From NCBI GenBank assembly GCA_965612975.1, contig CBFDTP010000002.1, positions 1-41,865 of the forward strand: a stretch of 41,865 nt of DNA. Direction: 5' to 3'. Of the stretch, positions 28,007 to 35,360 are shown piece by piece (within the stretch, counting starts at the first letter, position 1; each line of letters starts with the position of its first letter). The stretch is from an uncultured Dehalococcoidia bacterium (lineage in GTDB: Bacteria > Chloroflexota > Dehalococcoidia > SZUA-161 > SpSt-899). A model generated the notes under the pieces. That model was not told where the DNA came from, made no database searches, and was given only the letters and a program-made list of their open reading frames with translations. Position numbers and translations under genes: made by a program.

Positions 28007-28207
28007 CTAACCTCCTGAGATAACCGGCCTTATCTCAATCTCCCCCTCCACCAGTTCATCCGGGGGAACCAGTCTGTTCCCTTGAATGACCAAAACCTCC
28101 TCCGGGTTGAGGTTCAGCTTCTGTAATACCTTCTCCGCGCGGAGCCTCCCCTCAAATTCATAAACCTTCCCCAGGTAGCTCACCCTTACCGTGGAGGAAT
28201 GCTCCAT
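28007..28207 (-). CDS. ThiS/MoaD/TtuB-like ubiquitin-fold sulfur carrier ending in Gly-Gly
   Basis: A 66-aa beta-grasp-sized protein ending ...IRPVISGG. The ATG at 28207 is preceded by AGGAGG with a 5-nt spacer. Its stop directly abuts the ttuA-like ATG. Confidence 0.75.
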   Translation of the reverse strand: MEHSSTVRVSYLGKVYEFEGRLRAEKVLQKLNLNPEEVLVIQGNRLVPPDELVEGEIEIRPVISGG

Positions 28208-28316
28208 TGGCACCTCCTAACCTTGCTGGCCGGATTTCTCTAGGTATTTCTCGGGGTTCTCCTCAAACTGAATTCCCGGAACCTCTAGGTCTCCAGCTAC
28301 CCGTCGGTGAGCGAGC

Positions 28317-29480
28317 CTATTTCTGTCGGAGGAAGGGCGACATGGCCCGCAGCCGGGCTACGGCCCGGGGCAAAGCTTCCAGCACCTGCTCGATATCCTC
28401 CTCGGTAGTCCACCGGCCCAGGGTTATCCTCAGCGAGCTCAGGGCCTTCTCCGGCGGCAGGCCCATGGCCAGGAGCACGTGGGAGGGAGCCAGGCTGGTG
28501 GAGCTACAGGCCGAGCCGGTGGAGACGCAGATGCTCTCGAGGTCAAGGCTAAGCATCAGGGATTCCCCCTCGATGAACTCGAAGCTCAGGTTGGCGTTGT
28601 TGGGGAGTCGCTGGATGGGGTGGCCATTAAGCCAGGCCCGCTCAACCGAGGAGAGAACCCCGGTGATGAGGCGATCCCGGAGTGAGGCCAGGCGTTTCGC
28701 CTCCTCTTCCATCTCCCCTTCGGCTATCTCCGCCGCCTTGCCGAAACCGACGATCCCCGGCACATTCTCGGTGCCGGCGCGGTGGCCTGACTCCTGCTCC
28801 CCACCGTGGGCTAGTGGGACAAGCCTGGTTCCCTTTCGAATGTACAGGGCTCCTATCCCCTTCGGCCCATACAATTTATGCGCTGAGGCTGAAAGAAGAT
28901 CCACCCCGAGTTCTTCAACATCCACCGGAATATGCCCCACCGCTTGAACGGCATCGGTGTGGAAGTACACCTCGGCCTCCCGGGCAATCTTCCCGATCTC
29001 GGCGAGGGGCTCAATGGTGCCCACCTCGTTGTTGGCCAGCATTATGGAGATGAGCATCGTCTTGGGAGTGAGAGCTTTCCTGACATTGCCCGGATCCACC
29101 AGTCCCTGACCATCAACTGGAAGGTAGGTTATCTCAAAACCGCTCTCCTCCAGAAACTTGCAGGTTTCCAGCACGGAGTGATGTTCGATGGGCGTAGTAA
29201 TAATGTGATTCCCTCTATTCTGGTTGGCCAAGGCCACCCCTTTAATGGCCAGGTTGTTGGCCTCAGTTCCCCCACTGGTGAAGAAGATCTCTTGCGGGCG
29301 GGCGCCGATGAGGTGGGCCACTTTCTCTCGGGCCTCTTCCACGGCCAGGCTTGCCTCCTGACCCAGGGAATGCACGCTCGACGGATTGCCGAAGTTCTCC
29401 GTGAAGTAAGGCAGCATAGCCTGCACCACCTCAGGATGGGTCGGTGTAGTAGCAGCGTAGTCCAGATAAATTCTCCTCAT
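28317..29480 (-). CDS. Cysteine desulfurase, NifS/IscS (group I) type
   Basis: IYLDYAATTP, the PLP lysine in SASAHKLYGPKG, and the active-site loop STGSACSS. Confidence 0.92.
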   Translation of the reverse strand: MRRIYLDYAATTPTHPEVVQAMLPYFTENFGNPSSVHSLGQEASLAVEEAREKVAHLIGARPQEIFFTSGGTEANNLAIKGVALANQNRGNHIITTPIEHHSVLETCKFLEESGFEITYLPVDGQGLVDPGNVRKALTPKTMLISIMLANNEVGTIEPLAEIGKIAREAEVYFHTDAVQAVGHIPVDVEELGVDLLSASAHKLYGPKGIGALYIRKGTRLVPLAHGGEQESGHRAGTENVPGIVGFGKAAEIAEGEMEEEAKRLASLRDRLITGVLSSVERAWLNGHPIQRLPNNANLSFEFIEGESLMLSLDLESICVSTGSACSSTSLAPSHVLLAMGLPPEKALSSLRITLGRWTTEEDIEQVLEALPRAVARLRAMSPFLRQK

Positions 29481-29597
29481 GGAAGACCTCAGCGCATGGT
29501 ATGGTTTATTGGCCTTTCCTTAAGCGGTTTAAAGGGTTATGCCAGACTCGGCCCTGGGCAGCGGAGCTGCCGGTTCGGTCAGCAGAAACTTGCCCCC

Positions 29598-30389
29598 TCA
29601 ATGCTTCTCCCGAACTTCGGCGGTGACTAACTCACGAGCCAACTCGGCCGCCTTTCGGCCGGAGAGGAGCATCCCCCCAAAGATGGCCCCCATCCGGGGT
29701 GAGCCGAAGACCGCATTGGCGGCCATGCCGGCGACTAGTAGTCCGGGGTAAACCTCTCGGGTATTCTCGAGTATTTCACCTTCCCCCCGCTCCGCCCACA
29801 TAGGCTTTTCTCCGATGACCTCTCCCGTCTTCGTCCGCAGCACCGGCCCCAGCTTTCTAGCCACCAGGCGGCAAACTTCCGCATCGTGTCCGGTGGCATC
29901 AATCACCACCTTGCATCTGGTGGCTAGAGGGTCAACATGGAGTTTTGACCAGGCCACCGCGCTCCAGTTCAGAACCAGCCCAGCAATCCGATTCTCCCGA
30001 ATCACCACATCTTCTACGTCAATGAGGTTAAAAACCCGAGCCCCGGCCTTTATGGTCTTGGAGCACATGGTGGAAATGGTCTCCAAGGAATCGGCTACGA
30101 AATACTCGCCCTGATACTTCACGCTCGACACATCGAATTCATCAAGTATTTCCTTCCCTTCTTCTTGGACCACGATGCGGCTCATCATCATGGCACCTCC
30201 CGGCATTCCCCCACCGATGCGAAGTTGTCTTTCAAAAACCACCGTCTTTATCCCCTCCCTGGCCAAGCAATACGCCGCGGTCAACCCCGATGGTCCGGCA
30301 CCGACCACGGCCACATCGGCCACCAGGGAGTCGAGGAAATCCCTGAGGTAATTTTCGGTGATCGCTCGCGAGATTAGCGTCTCATCCAT
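29598..30389 (-). CDS. thi4: Thi4-family thiazole synthase (archaeal/bacterial His-type, ADP-thiazole synthase)
   Basis: DVAVVGAGPSGL dinucleotide fold, GGGMPGGAM, and VIDATGHDAEV (His where yeast THI4 has the sacrificial Cys). The ATG at 30389 is preceded by AAAGGAG. ATG at 30404 is an alternative start. Confidence 0.85.
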   Translation of the reverse strand: MDETLISRAITENYLRDFLDSLVADVAVVGAGPSGLTAAYCLAREGIKTVVFERQLRIGGGMPGGAMMMSRIVVQEEGKEILDEFDVSSVKYQGEYFVADSLETISTMCSKTIKAGARVFNLIDVEDVVIRENRIAGLVLNWSAVAWSKLHVDPLATRCKVVIDATGHDAEVCRLVARKLGPVLRTKTGEVIGEKPMWAERGEGEILENTREVYPGLLVAGMAANAVFGSPRMGAIFGGMLLSGRKAAELARELVTAEVREKH

Positions 30390-30475
30390 ACCTTCTCCTT
30401 TCATCCTTTCACCGGTTTCTTTAAAATCCAGCGAGCCCAATTGCTGCGGGGCCCAATTGTCCCGCTTTAGCTGGC

Positions 30476-30919
30476 TTAGATATAGTAGGTGAGTGCCGAA
30501 GTCTGCTCCTTCCTTCGTTGCATTTCCATCAGATCCTGGAGGGTTTTTGAGGCCAAGGCCTGAGTGATGAGGGAGGAGAGTTCCCCCCACAGGTCATGAG
30601 TGGCACAAACCTCCACCCGCGGGCAGACCTTTGGGTCTGCTACGCATTCCACCAGGTTGATTTGACCCTCAAGGGCTTGGACAACCTCGCTCAGCCTTAT
30701 CTCAGCGGGGGATTTTGCCAACACAAAGCCTCCCTGTACCCCCCGGATGCTGCGCACCAGCCCAGCTGCCTTGAGCTGGATGAGAATTTGCTCCAGGTAG
30801 TTCCGGGTAACCCCCTGCCTTTGAACGATATCTCGAAGCAGGACCGGCCCCTCCCCGCTGTGCTGGGCGATGTCCACCAGGGCTCGCATGCCATATCTTG
30901 CCTTGGTGGATAATTTCAT
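30476..30919 (-). CDS. Rrf2 family transcriptional regulator (IscR-like, three-Cys cluster motif)
   Basis: MKLSTKARYGMRALVDIA...LEQIL..L..AGLV.S.RG..GG, then C-x5-C-x5-C-x2-H (CVADPKVCPRVEVCATH), resembling the IscR Fe-S ligands. Confidence 0.88.
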   Translation of the reverse strand: MKLSTKARYGMRALVDIAQHSGEGPVLLRDIVQRQGVTRNYLEQILIQLKAAGLVRSIRGVQGGFVLAKSPAEIRLSEVVQALEGQINLVECVADPKVCPRVEVCATHDLWGELSSLITQALASKTLQDLMEMQRRKEQTSALTYYI

Positions 30920-30994
30920 CTCTTGTCTACTAAGTTTATCATTTAGTTACCCAGAGGGGAAGAGGTACAATTCAGCCCCCTCCGAACCTGTGGA

Positions 30995-31144
30995 TTAGGG
31001 GCATTCTTCCGCCAGTTTCCTCAGGCCACCAACCTCACGCAGCACGATCTGCCGACTGTAGCGCCTGATCTGCTGCCTTACCCAGGCAATGCCGCGCTCG
31101 ATCTCCTCTTCCTCAGCCGAGGCAGCCTCAGTCCGCGAAACCAA
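30995..31144 (-). pseudogene. Truncated ThiF/MoeB (E1-like) N-terminal fragment, ~49 codons, stops before the Rossmann GxGxxG
   Basis: My own minus-strand translation gives (TTG)VSRTEAASAEEEEIERGIAWVRQQIRRYSRQIVLREVGGLRKLAEECP*. RYSRQI.L...G is the hallmark start of ThiF/MoeB/HesA proteins. Compare RYARQLLFPPLGEEGQKRLK in the intact MoeB at 33186-33947. Confidence 0.45.
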
Positions 31145-31218
31145 ACCTTTGAATTCTTAACTGAATTTATCATCTTTATGTACTACAGCGTAGCGAGAAA
31201 TAACCTGTCAAGTCTCGT

Positions 31219-32136
31219 TCAGGTGGCTTGGAGCATTTTATCCACGGCCACCTTGGCTCGAAGGCGGATTCCCTCTGGTACTTTCACCTCGGGGGACATC
31301 TCCCTGAGGGAGAAGAGCACCTTCTCCAGGGTGATGAGCTTCATGTTGGGGCAGATGGCCCTCTCCTGGGCCGGGAAGAACTCTTTCCCCGGGTTTTCCT
31401 TTTTCAGGCGGTGAATTATGCCTATCTCCGTGCCCACGATCAGCTCTCGGCTCTCGGTCTTCTGGGCGAAGCGGATCATGCCGCCGGTGCTGAGAACTTC
31501 ATCGGCCAGCTCGATCACCCCAGGCCGACACTCGGGGTGGACGATCACCTTGGCCCCAGGGTGTTTTTCCCTCATCTGGAGGATGTCCTCCCGCCTTATC
31601 CGAACGTGGGTGGGACAGAAGCCAGGCCAGAGGATGAGGCTCCGACCAGTTCTGGTGGCGACGAAATGGCCCAGGTACTGATCCGGCACAAAGAGAATGC
31701 TGTCTTGGCCTGGAAGCTGACTTACGATCCGGGCAGCGTTGGCTGAGGTGCAGCAGATGTCAGCTTCGGCTTTCACCTCGGCGGTGGAGTTGACATAACA
31801 GACCACAGTTGCCTCAGGATGCTCTCTCTTCTCCTGGCGCAGGGATTCGGCGGTGATCATGTCGGCCATGGGGCAGCCGGCGTTTGGGTCAGGGAGAAGC
31901 ACCACCTTGTCGGGACAGAGGATAGAGGCTGTCTCGGCCATGAAGCGAACTCCACAGAAGACGATCACCTCAGCATCGGTCTGGGCTGCCCTTTGGCTGA
32001 GCTCCAGGGAATCGCCGACGAAATCGGCGATATCTTGGATTTCCGGCCGCTGGTAGTTATGGGCCAGGATGACTGCCCGCCTTTGCTCCTTAAGCTGTAG
32101 GATCTGGTCTATGATCTTCTGATCCGGGGAGGCCAT
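31219..32136 (-). CDS. nadA: Quinolinate synthase NadA
   Basis: AVILAHNYQRPEIQDIADFVGDSLELS, VFCGVRFMAE, and HPEC blocks, ~305 aa. Confidence 0.92.
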   Translation of the reverse strand: MASPDQKIIDQILQLKEQRRAVILAHNYQRPEIQDIADFVGDSLELSQRAAQTDAEVIVFCGVRFMAETASILCPDKVVLLPDPNAGCPMADMITAESLRQEKREHPEATVVCYVNSTAEVKAEADICCTSANAARIVSQLPGQDSILFVPDQYLGHFVATRTGRSLILWPGFCPTHVRIRREDILQMREKHPGAKVIVHPECRPGVIELADEVLSTGGMIRFAQKTESRELIVGTEIGIIHRLKKENPGKEFFPAQERAICPNMKLITLEKVLFSLREMSPEVKVPEGIRLRAKVAVDKMLQAT

Positions 32137-32920
32137 TAACTACCCTCCATTCGTTGGCGTAAATGTTGAACTTCTTGCCCCTTACAAAGGCAATGAGGGT
32201 GACCCCCAGCTCGCTGGCCAGCTTTACTGCTAGGTCGGTAGGGGCGGAAATCGAGATGATGATCGGAATCCGCCCCTTGGCTGCCTTAAGCAGCATCTCC
32301 GAGGAAATCCTCCCACTGGAGAGCAAGATCTTATCCTCGGTGGGAATCTCCTCAAGCAGGCATTGGCCGAAGATCTTGTCGACGGCATTGTGTCGGCCGA
32401 TGTCCTCACTGAAGGCCAGGATCTTACGTGTATCTGAAAGGGCGGCGCCATGAACACCGTGGGTGGCTAGATAGATCTCGGACAGCCGCTGAAATTCCTT
32501 GGTGAGTTCCAACACCGCCTCAGGCGATATGTTCACCTCCGTCTCAATGCGGGCTACGTTCTGGGCATCGATGGCATGATAGAAGCTGGCTCCTCGTCCG
32601 CAACCCGAGGTTATGAATCGCCTGAAAAGGAAATCCGGGGCAAGTTCGAGTGCTTGAACGGTCTCCACTCGGGCTATGCCGCGGCGCTCGTCAAGCAGGA
32701 CCTTCTTCAGCTCGGCCTTGTCTTTCACCAACCCCTCGGAGAACAGGAAGCCAACGGCGAGATACCTGAGCTTTGTGGGGGAGCAGAGCAAGGTCACCAG
32801 TTCTTGATTGTTCAGCACGATCGTAAAGGGAAACTCCCGGGCAACCAGATCCTCTACCTCACCCCTCTGCCCTTCCCGGATGCGCAGCAAGGTTAGCTTA
32901 GTCGTCCCCTCCACTTTCAA
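32090..32920 (-). CDS. fdhD: FdhD-family sulfurtransferase (formate dehydrogenase accessory protein homologue)
   Basis: EFPFTIVLNN, FLFSEG, TSGCG, EDIGRHNAVDK, and SGRISSEM...KA....IPII.SISAPT. It has a TTG start in a TTGA overlap with the moaD-like stop. Its 3' end overlaps the nadA start by 47 nt. Confidence 0.85.
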   Translation of the reverse strand: MKVEGTTKLTLLRIREGQRGEVEDLVAREFPFTIVLNNQELVTLLCSPTKLRYLAVGFLFSEGLVKDKAELKKVLLDERRGIARVETVQALELAPDFLFRRFITSGCGRGASFYHAIDAQNVARIETEVNISPEAVLELTKEFQRLSEIYLATHGVHGAALSDTRKILAFSEDIGRHNAVDKIFGQCLLEEIPTEDKILLSSGRISSEMLLKAAKGRIPIIISISAPTDLAVKLASELGVTLIAFVRGKKFNIYANEWRVVNGLPGSEDHRPDPTA

Positions 32921-33189
32921 CCTCCAGCAGCCATGAACAGGATGGTAACTTCATCCCCATCGTTCACCGGATAATTCAGCTCCTCCGGATAGGTGGTATG
33001 CTCGTTGATGTAGATCTCGATGTAGCCATGCAGCTGCCCTTGCTTATCAAAAAGCTGTGACTTCAGGCCAGGAAAGCGAGCTTCTAGGGAATCGAGACAC
33101 TGGCCCACATTCTTGCCCTCAACCTCCACTATCTCCTGTCCCCCGGTGAGATGGAGAAGAAAGGGATGTATCCGAACCTTAACGCTCAT
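32917..33189 (-). CDS. MoaD/ThiS-family ubiquitin-fold sulfur carrier ending in Gly-Gly
   Basis: 90 aa, ending ...VTILFMAAGG. The ATG at 33189 forms an ATGA overlap with the moeB stop. The track start at 33213 lies inside moeB. Confidence 0.8.
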   Translation of the reverse strand: MSVKVRIHPFLLHLTGGQEIVEVEGKNVGQCLDSLEARFPGLKSQLFDKQGQLHGYIEIYINEHTTYPEELNYPVNDGDEVTILFMAAGG

Positions 33190-33947
33190 CTTGCTCCTCC
33201 GCAGATAGGGCATTTCGGATTTTTCTGCAGTTCCACGAAGGAAAAATCCATCGTTTCGCCGTTTATGTACAGCATTCGTCCGGTCAATAGCTTCCCGAAT
33301 CCGGCGAGAAGCTTTATGGCCTCCATCACCTGGAGGGAGGCTATGAGAGCCGGGGTGACCCCCAGCACTGGAAAAGGACGCCTGGCTTCAGGAGGGTGAG
33401 GGAAAAGGCATTGCAGGCAAGGGGTTTGGCCGGGGATAATGGTGGTTATTTGTCCCATTAGGCCATCAATGCCCCCATGGATGAAGGGAATTCCCTCCCG
33501 GCAGCACCCCTCATTCAGGATAAACCTGGTTTTCATGTTGTCCAAGCCATCTATCACTAGGTCAGCCCCCTGGATGAGCTGCCTCACGTTTTCCGGCGTT
33601 ATTCTCTCGGCGAGGGGGGTTAAATTCACCTTTGAATTCAGTCGGGCAAGTTTGCGGCTGGCGGAAAACACCTTTTCCTTCGCCACGTCTTCCTCCCAGT
33701 GCAGGATCTGGCGGTTAAGGTTGGAGAGTTCAACTCGGTCCGCGTCCACCAGGGTCAGATGGCCTACGCCGGCGCAGGCGAGATAAATTGCTGCGGGGCA
33801 ACCCAGCCCACCGAGCCCGGCGATCACCACATGAGCGCGCTTCAGCCTCTTTTGTCCCTCCTCCCCAAGGGGAGGGAAAAGAAGCTGGCGAGCATATCGC
33901 ACGCGCTCCTCCTCGGTGAGGTTGGGGTTCCGCTTCCGGCGACGCAT
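33186..33947 (-). CDS. moeB: ThiF/MoeB/HesA-family E1-like adenylyltransferase
   Basis: RYARQL, GLGGLGCPAA Rossmann motif, and two CxxC pairs (CLQC and CPIC), ~250 aa. Confidence 0.9.
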   Translation of the reverse strand: MRRRKRNPNLTEEERVRYARQLLFPPLGEEGQKRLKRAHVVIAGLGGLGCPAAIYLACAGVGHLTLVDADRVELSNLNRQILHWEEDVAKEKVFSASRKLARLNSKVNLTPLAERITPENVRQLIQGADLVIDGLDNMKTRFILNEGCCREGIPFIHGGIDGLMGQITTIIPGQTPCLQCLFPHPPEARRPFPVLGVTPALIASLQVMEAIKLLAGFGKLLTGRMLYINGETMDFSFVELQKNPKCPICGGAR

Positions 33948-33962
33948 TTTAGGTACCTCCCT

Positions 33963-33991
33963 ATTTTAGCCAATGGGTAGCGAATAAACAA
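33963..33991 (-). promoter_or_regulatory. Candidate promoter for the moeB operon (TTGTTT-17-TAAAAT on the minus strand)
   Basis: The reverse complement of 33986-33991 is TTGTTT, followed by a 17-nt spacer, and the reverse complement of 33963-33968 is TAAAAT. Confidence 0.35.
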
Positions 33992-34024
33992 TAACGCGGT
34001 GGGTCAGGGCTGCTCATTGGGCTG

Positions 34025-34053
34025 TTGATACTTTCCAGTTGGCGGGTTATACT
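34025..34053 (+). promoter_or_regulatory. Candidate sigma-70 promoter for the acyl-CoA dehydrogenase pair (TTGATA-17-TATACT)
   Basis: TTGATA at 34025-34030, a 17-nt spacer, and TATACT at 34048-34053. This argues against the track start at 34039. Confidence 0.5.
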
Positions 34054-34107
34054 GTTCATGGCCCCAAGGGGTGTCTTGCTAGGCCCCCAATTCAAAAGGA
34101 GGTGAAG

Positions 34108-35280
34108 ATGGATTTTCGGCTCACCGAAGAGCAGGAGAAATTCAGGAAAGAAGTTCGTGACTTCCTCGAGGGGGAGATCAAACAGGGGCTGTGGGAGCCA
34201 ACCATTGATGCCTGGATCATGGCCTATGATCCGGCCTTTACCAAGCGCGTGGCCGCCAGGGGATGGATTGGACTCACCTGGCCGAAGGAGTATGGCGGGC
34301 AAGGGCGTTCCTTCGTGGATCGCCTCATCCTCACCGAGGAGATGCTGCGATACGGTGCCCCAGCAGCCTGTCACTGGTTTGCCGATCGGCAGATCGGGGG
34401 GTCAATCCTCAAATACGGCACTGAGGAGCAAAAACGAGAGCTGCTGCCCAAAATCATCCAAGGGGAGATGTATGTCGGGCTGGGCATGAGCGAGCCAGAG
34501 GCGGGCTGTGATCTGGCCTCCCTTAAGACGCGGGCGATAAAGAAGGACGATCACTACGTCATCGATGGGCAGAAGACCTGGACCAGTGGCGGCCGCCACA
34601 TGAACTATCTTTACCTGCTGGTGCGGACTGATCCTAACGTGCCCAAGCATCGCGGCATCAGCGAGTTCATCATCCCCAAGGATCTGCCGGGGATCACCAC
34701 CAGCCCCATAGTTGATATCACCGGGAACGAGGCCTGGAACGAGGTCTTCTTCGATAACGTGCGTGTTCCCAAGGAGTGTCTCATCGGTCAGGAAAACAAC
34801 GGCTGGCGCCAGGTGATGGAGCAACTGGCCTATGAGCGCAGCGGCATGGAAAGGCTGATGGCCAACTACCCGGTGTTCGAGGGCATCATCCAATTCGTCA
34901 AGGAGACCAGCCGGGACGGAAAGCCGCTGTCTCAGGATCCGGTGATCCGCCACCAGTTGGCTCAGCTGAAGATCGAATTCGAGGTGGGACGACTCTTCAT
35001 GTATCGAGTAGCTCTGGTCATGGATGAAGGACGTTCGCCGGAGTGGGAGGCAGCCATGTCCAAGGCCTATGCCACTGCCTTTGAGCAGCGGCTGGCCAGC
35101 ATTGCCCTGGAGATCTTGGGGCTCTACGGACATCTGGCTCCCGGCTCCAAGTGGGCGAAGCTGAATGGTATGGCTTATCATTCCTATCTCTCCTCCAAAG
35201 GTTACAGCCTTCAGGCGGGAAGCTCGGAGATCCTGAAGAACATCCTGGCCCTACGAAAGCTGGGGTTGCCAGCTCAGTAA
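34108..35280 (+). CDS. Acyl-CoA dehydrogenase family protein (paralogue 1)
   Basis: MDFRLTEEQEKFRKEVRDF, GMSEPEAGCDLASL, and DGQKTWTSGG blocks. The ATG at 34108 follows AAAAGGAGGTGAAG. Confidence 0.88.
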   Translation: MDFRLTEEQEKFRKEVRDFLEGEIKQGLWEPTIDAWIMAYDPAFTKRVAARGWIGLTWPKEYGGQGRSFVDRLILTEEMLRYGAPAACHWFADRQIGGSILKYGTEEQKRELLPKIIQGEMYVGLGMSEPEAGCDLASLKTRAIKKDDHYVIDGQKTWTSGGRHMNYLYLLVRTDPNVPKHRGISEFIIPKDLPGITTSPIVDITGNEAWNEVFFDNVRVPKECLIGQENNGWRQVMEQLAYERSGMERLMANYPVFEGIIQFVKETSRDGKPLSQDPVIRHQLAQLKIEFEVGRLFMYRVALVMDEGRSPEWEAAMSKAYATAFEQRLASIALEILGLYGHLAPGSKWAKLNGMAYHSYLSSKGYSLQAGSSEILKNILALRKLGLPAQ

Positions 35281-35360
35281 CGATGCTGCCACTTGCCACT
35301 CATGGAGTTCCCTTGAAGGGGCTTGAAAGGTGAAAAAATTCACGCAGAGGAGGTAGCGGA

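Noticed and set aside
30390-30475. A possible TPP riboswitch upstream of thi4 (and upstream of thiE at 40723-40734).
   Set aside because: The spacers are only 86 nt and 12 nt, and I saw no CTGAGA or ACCTGATCTGGATAATGCCAGCG-like core elements. A cmsearch with RF00059 would settle it.
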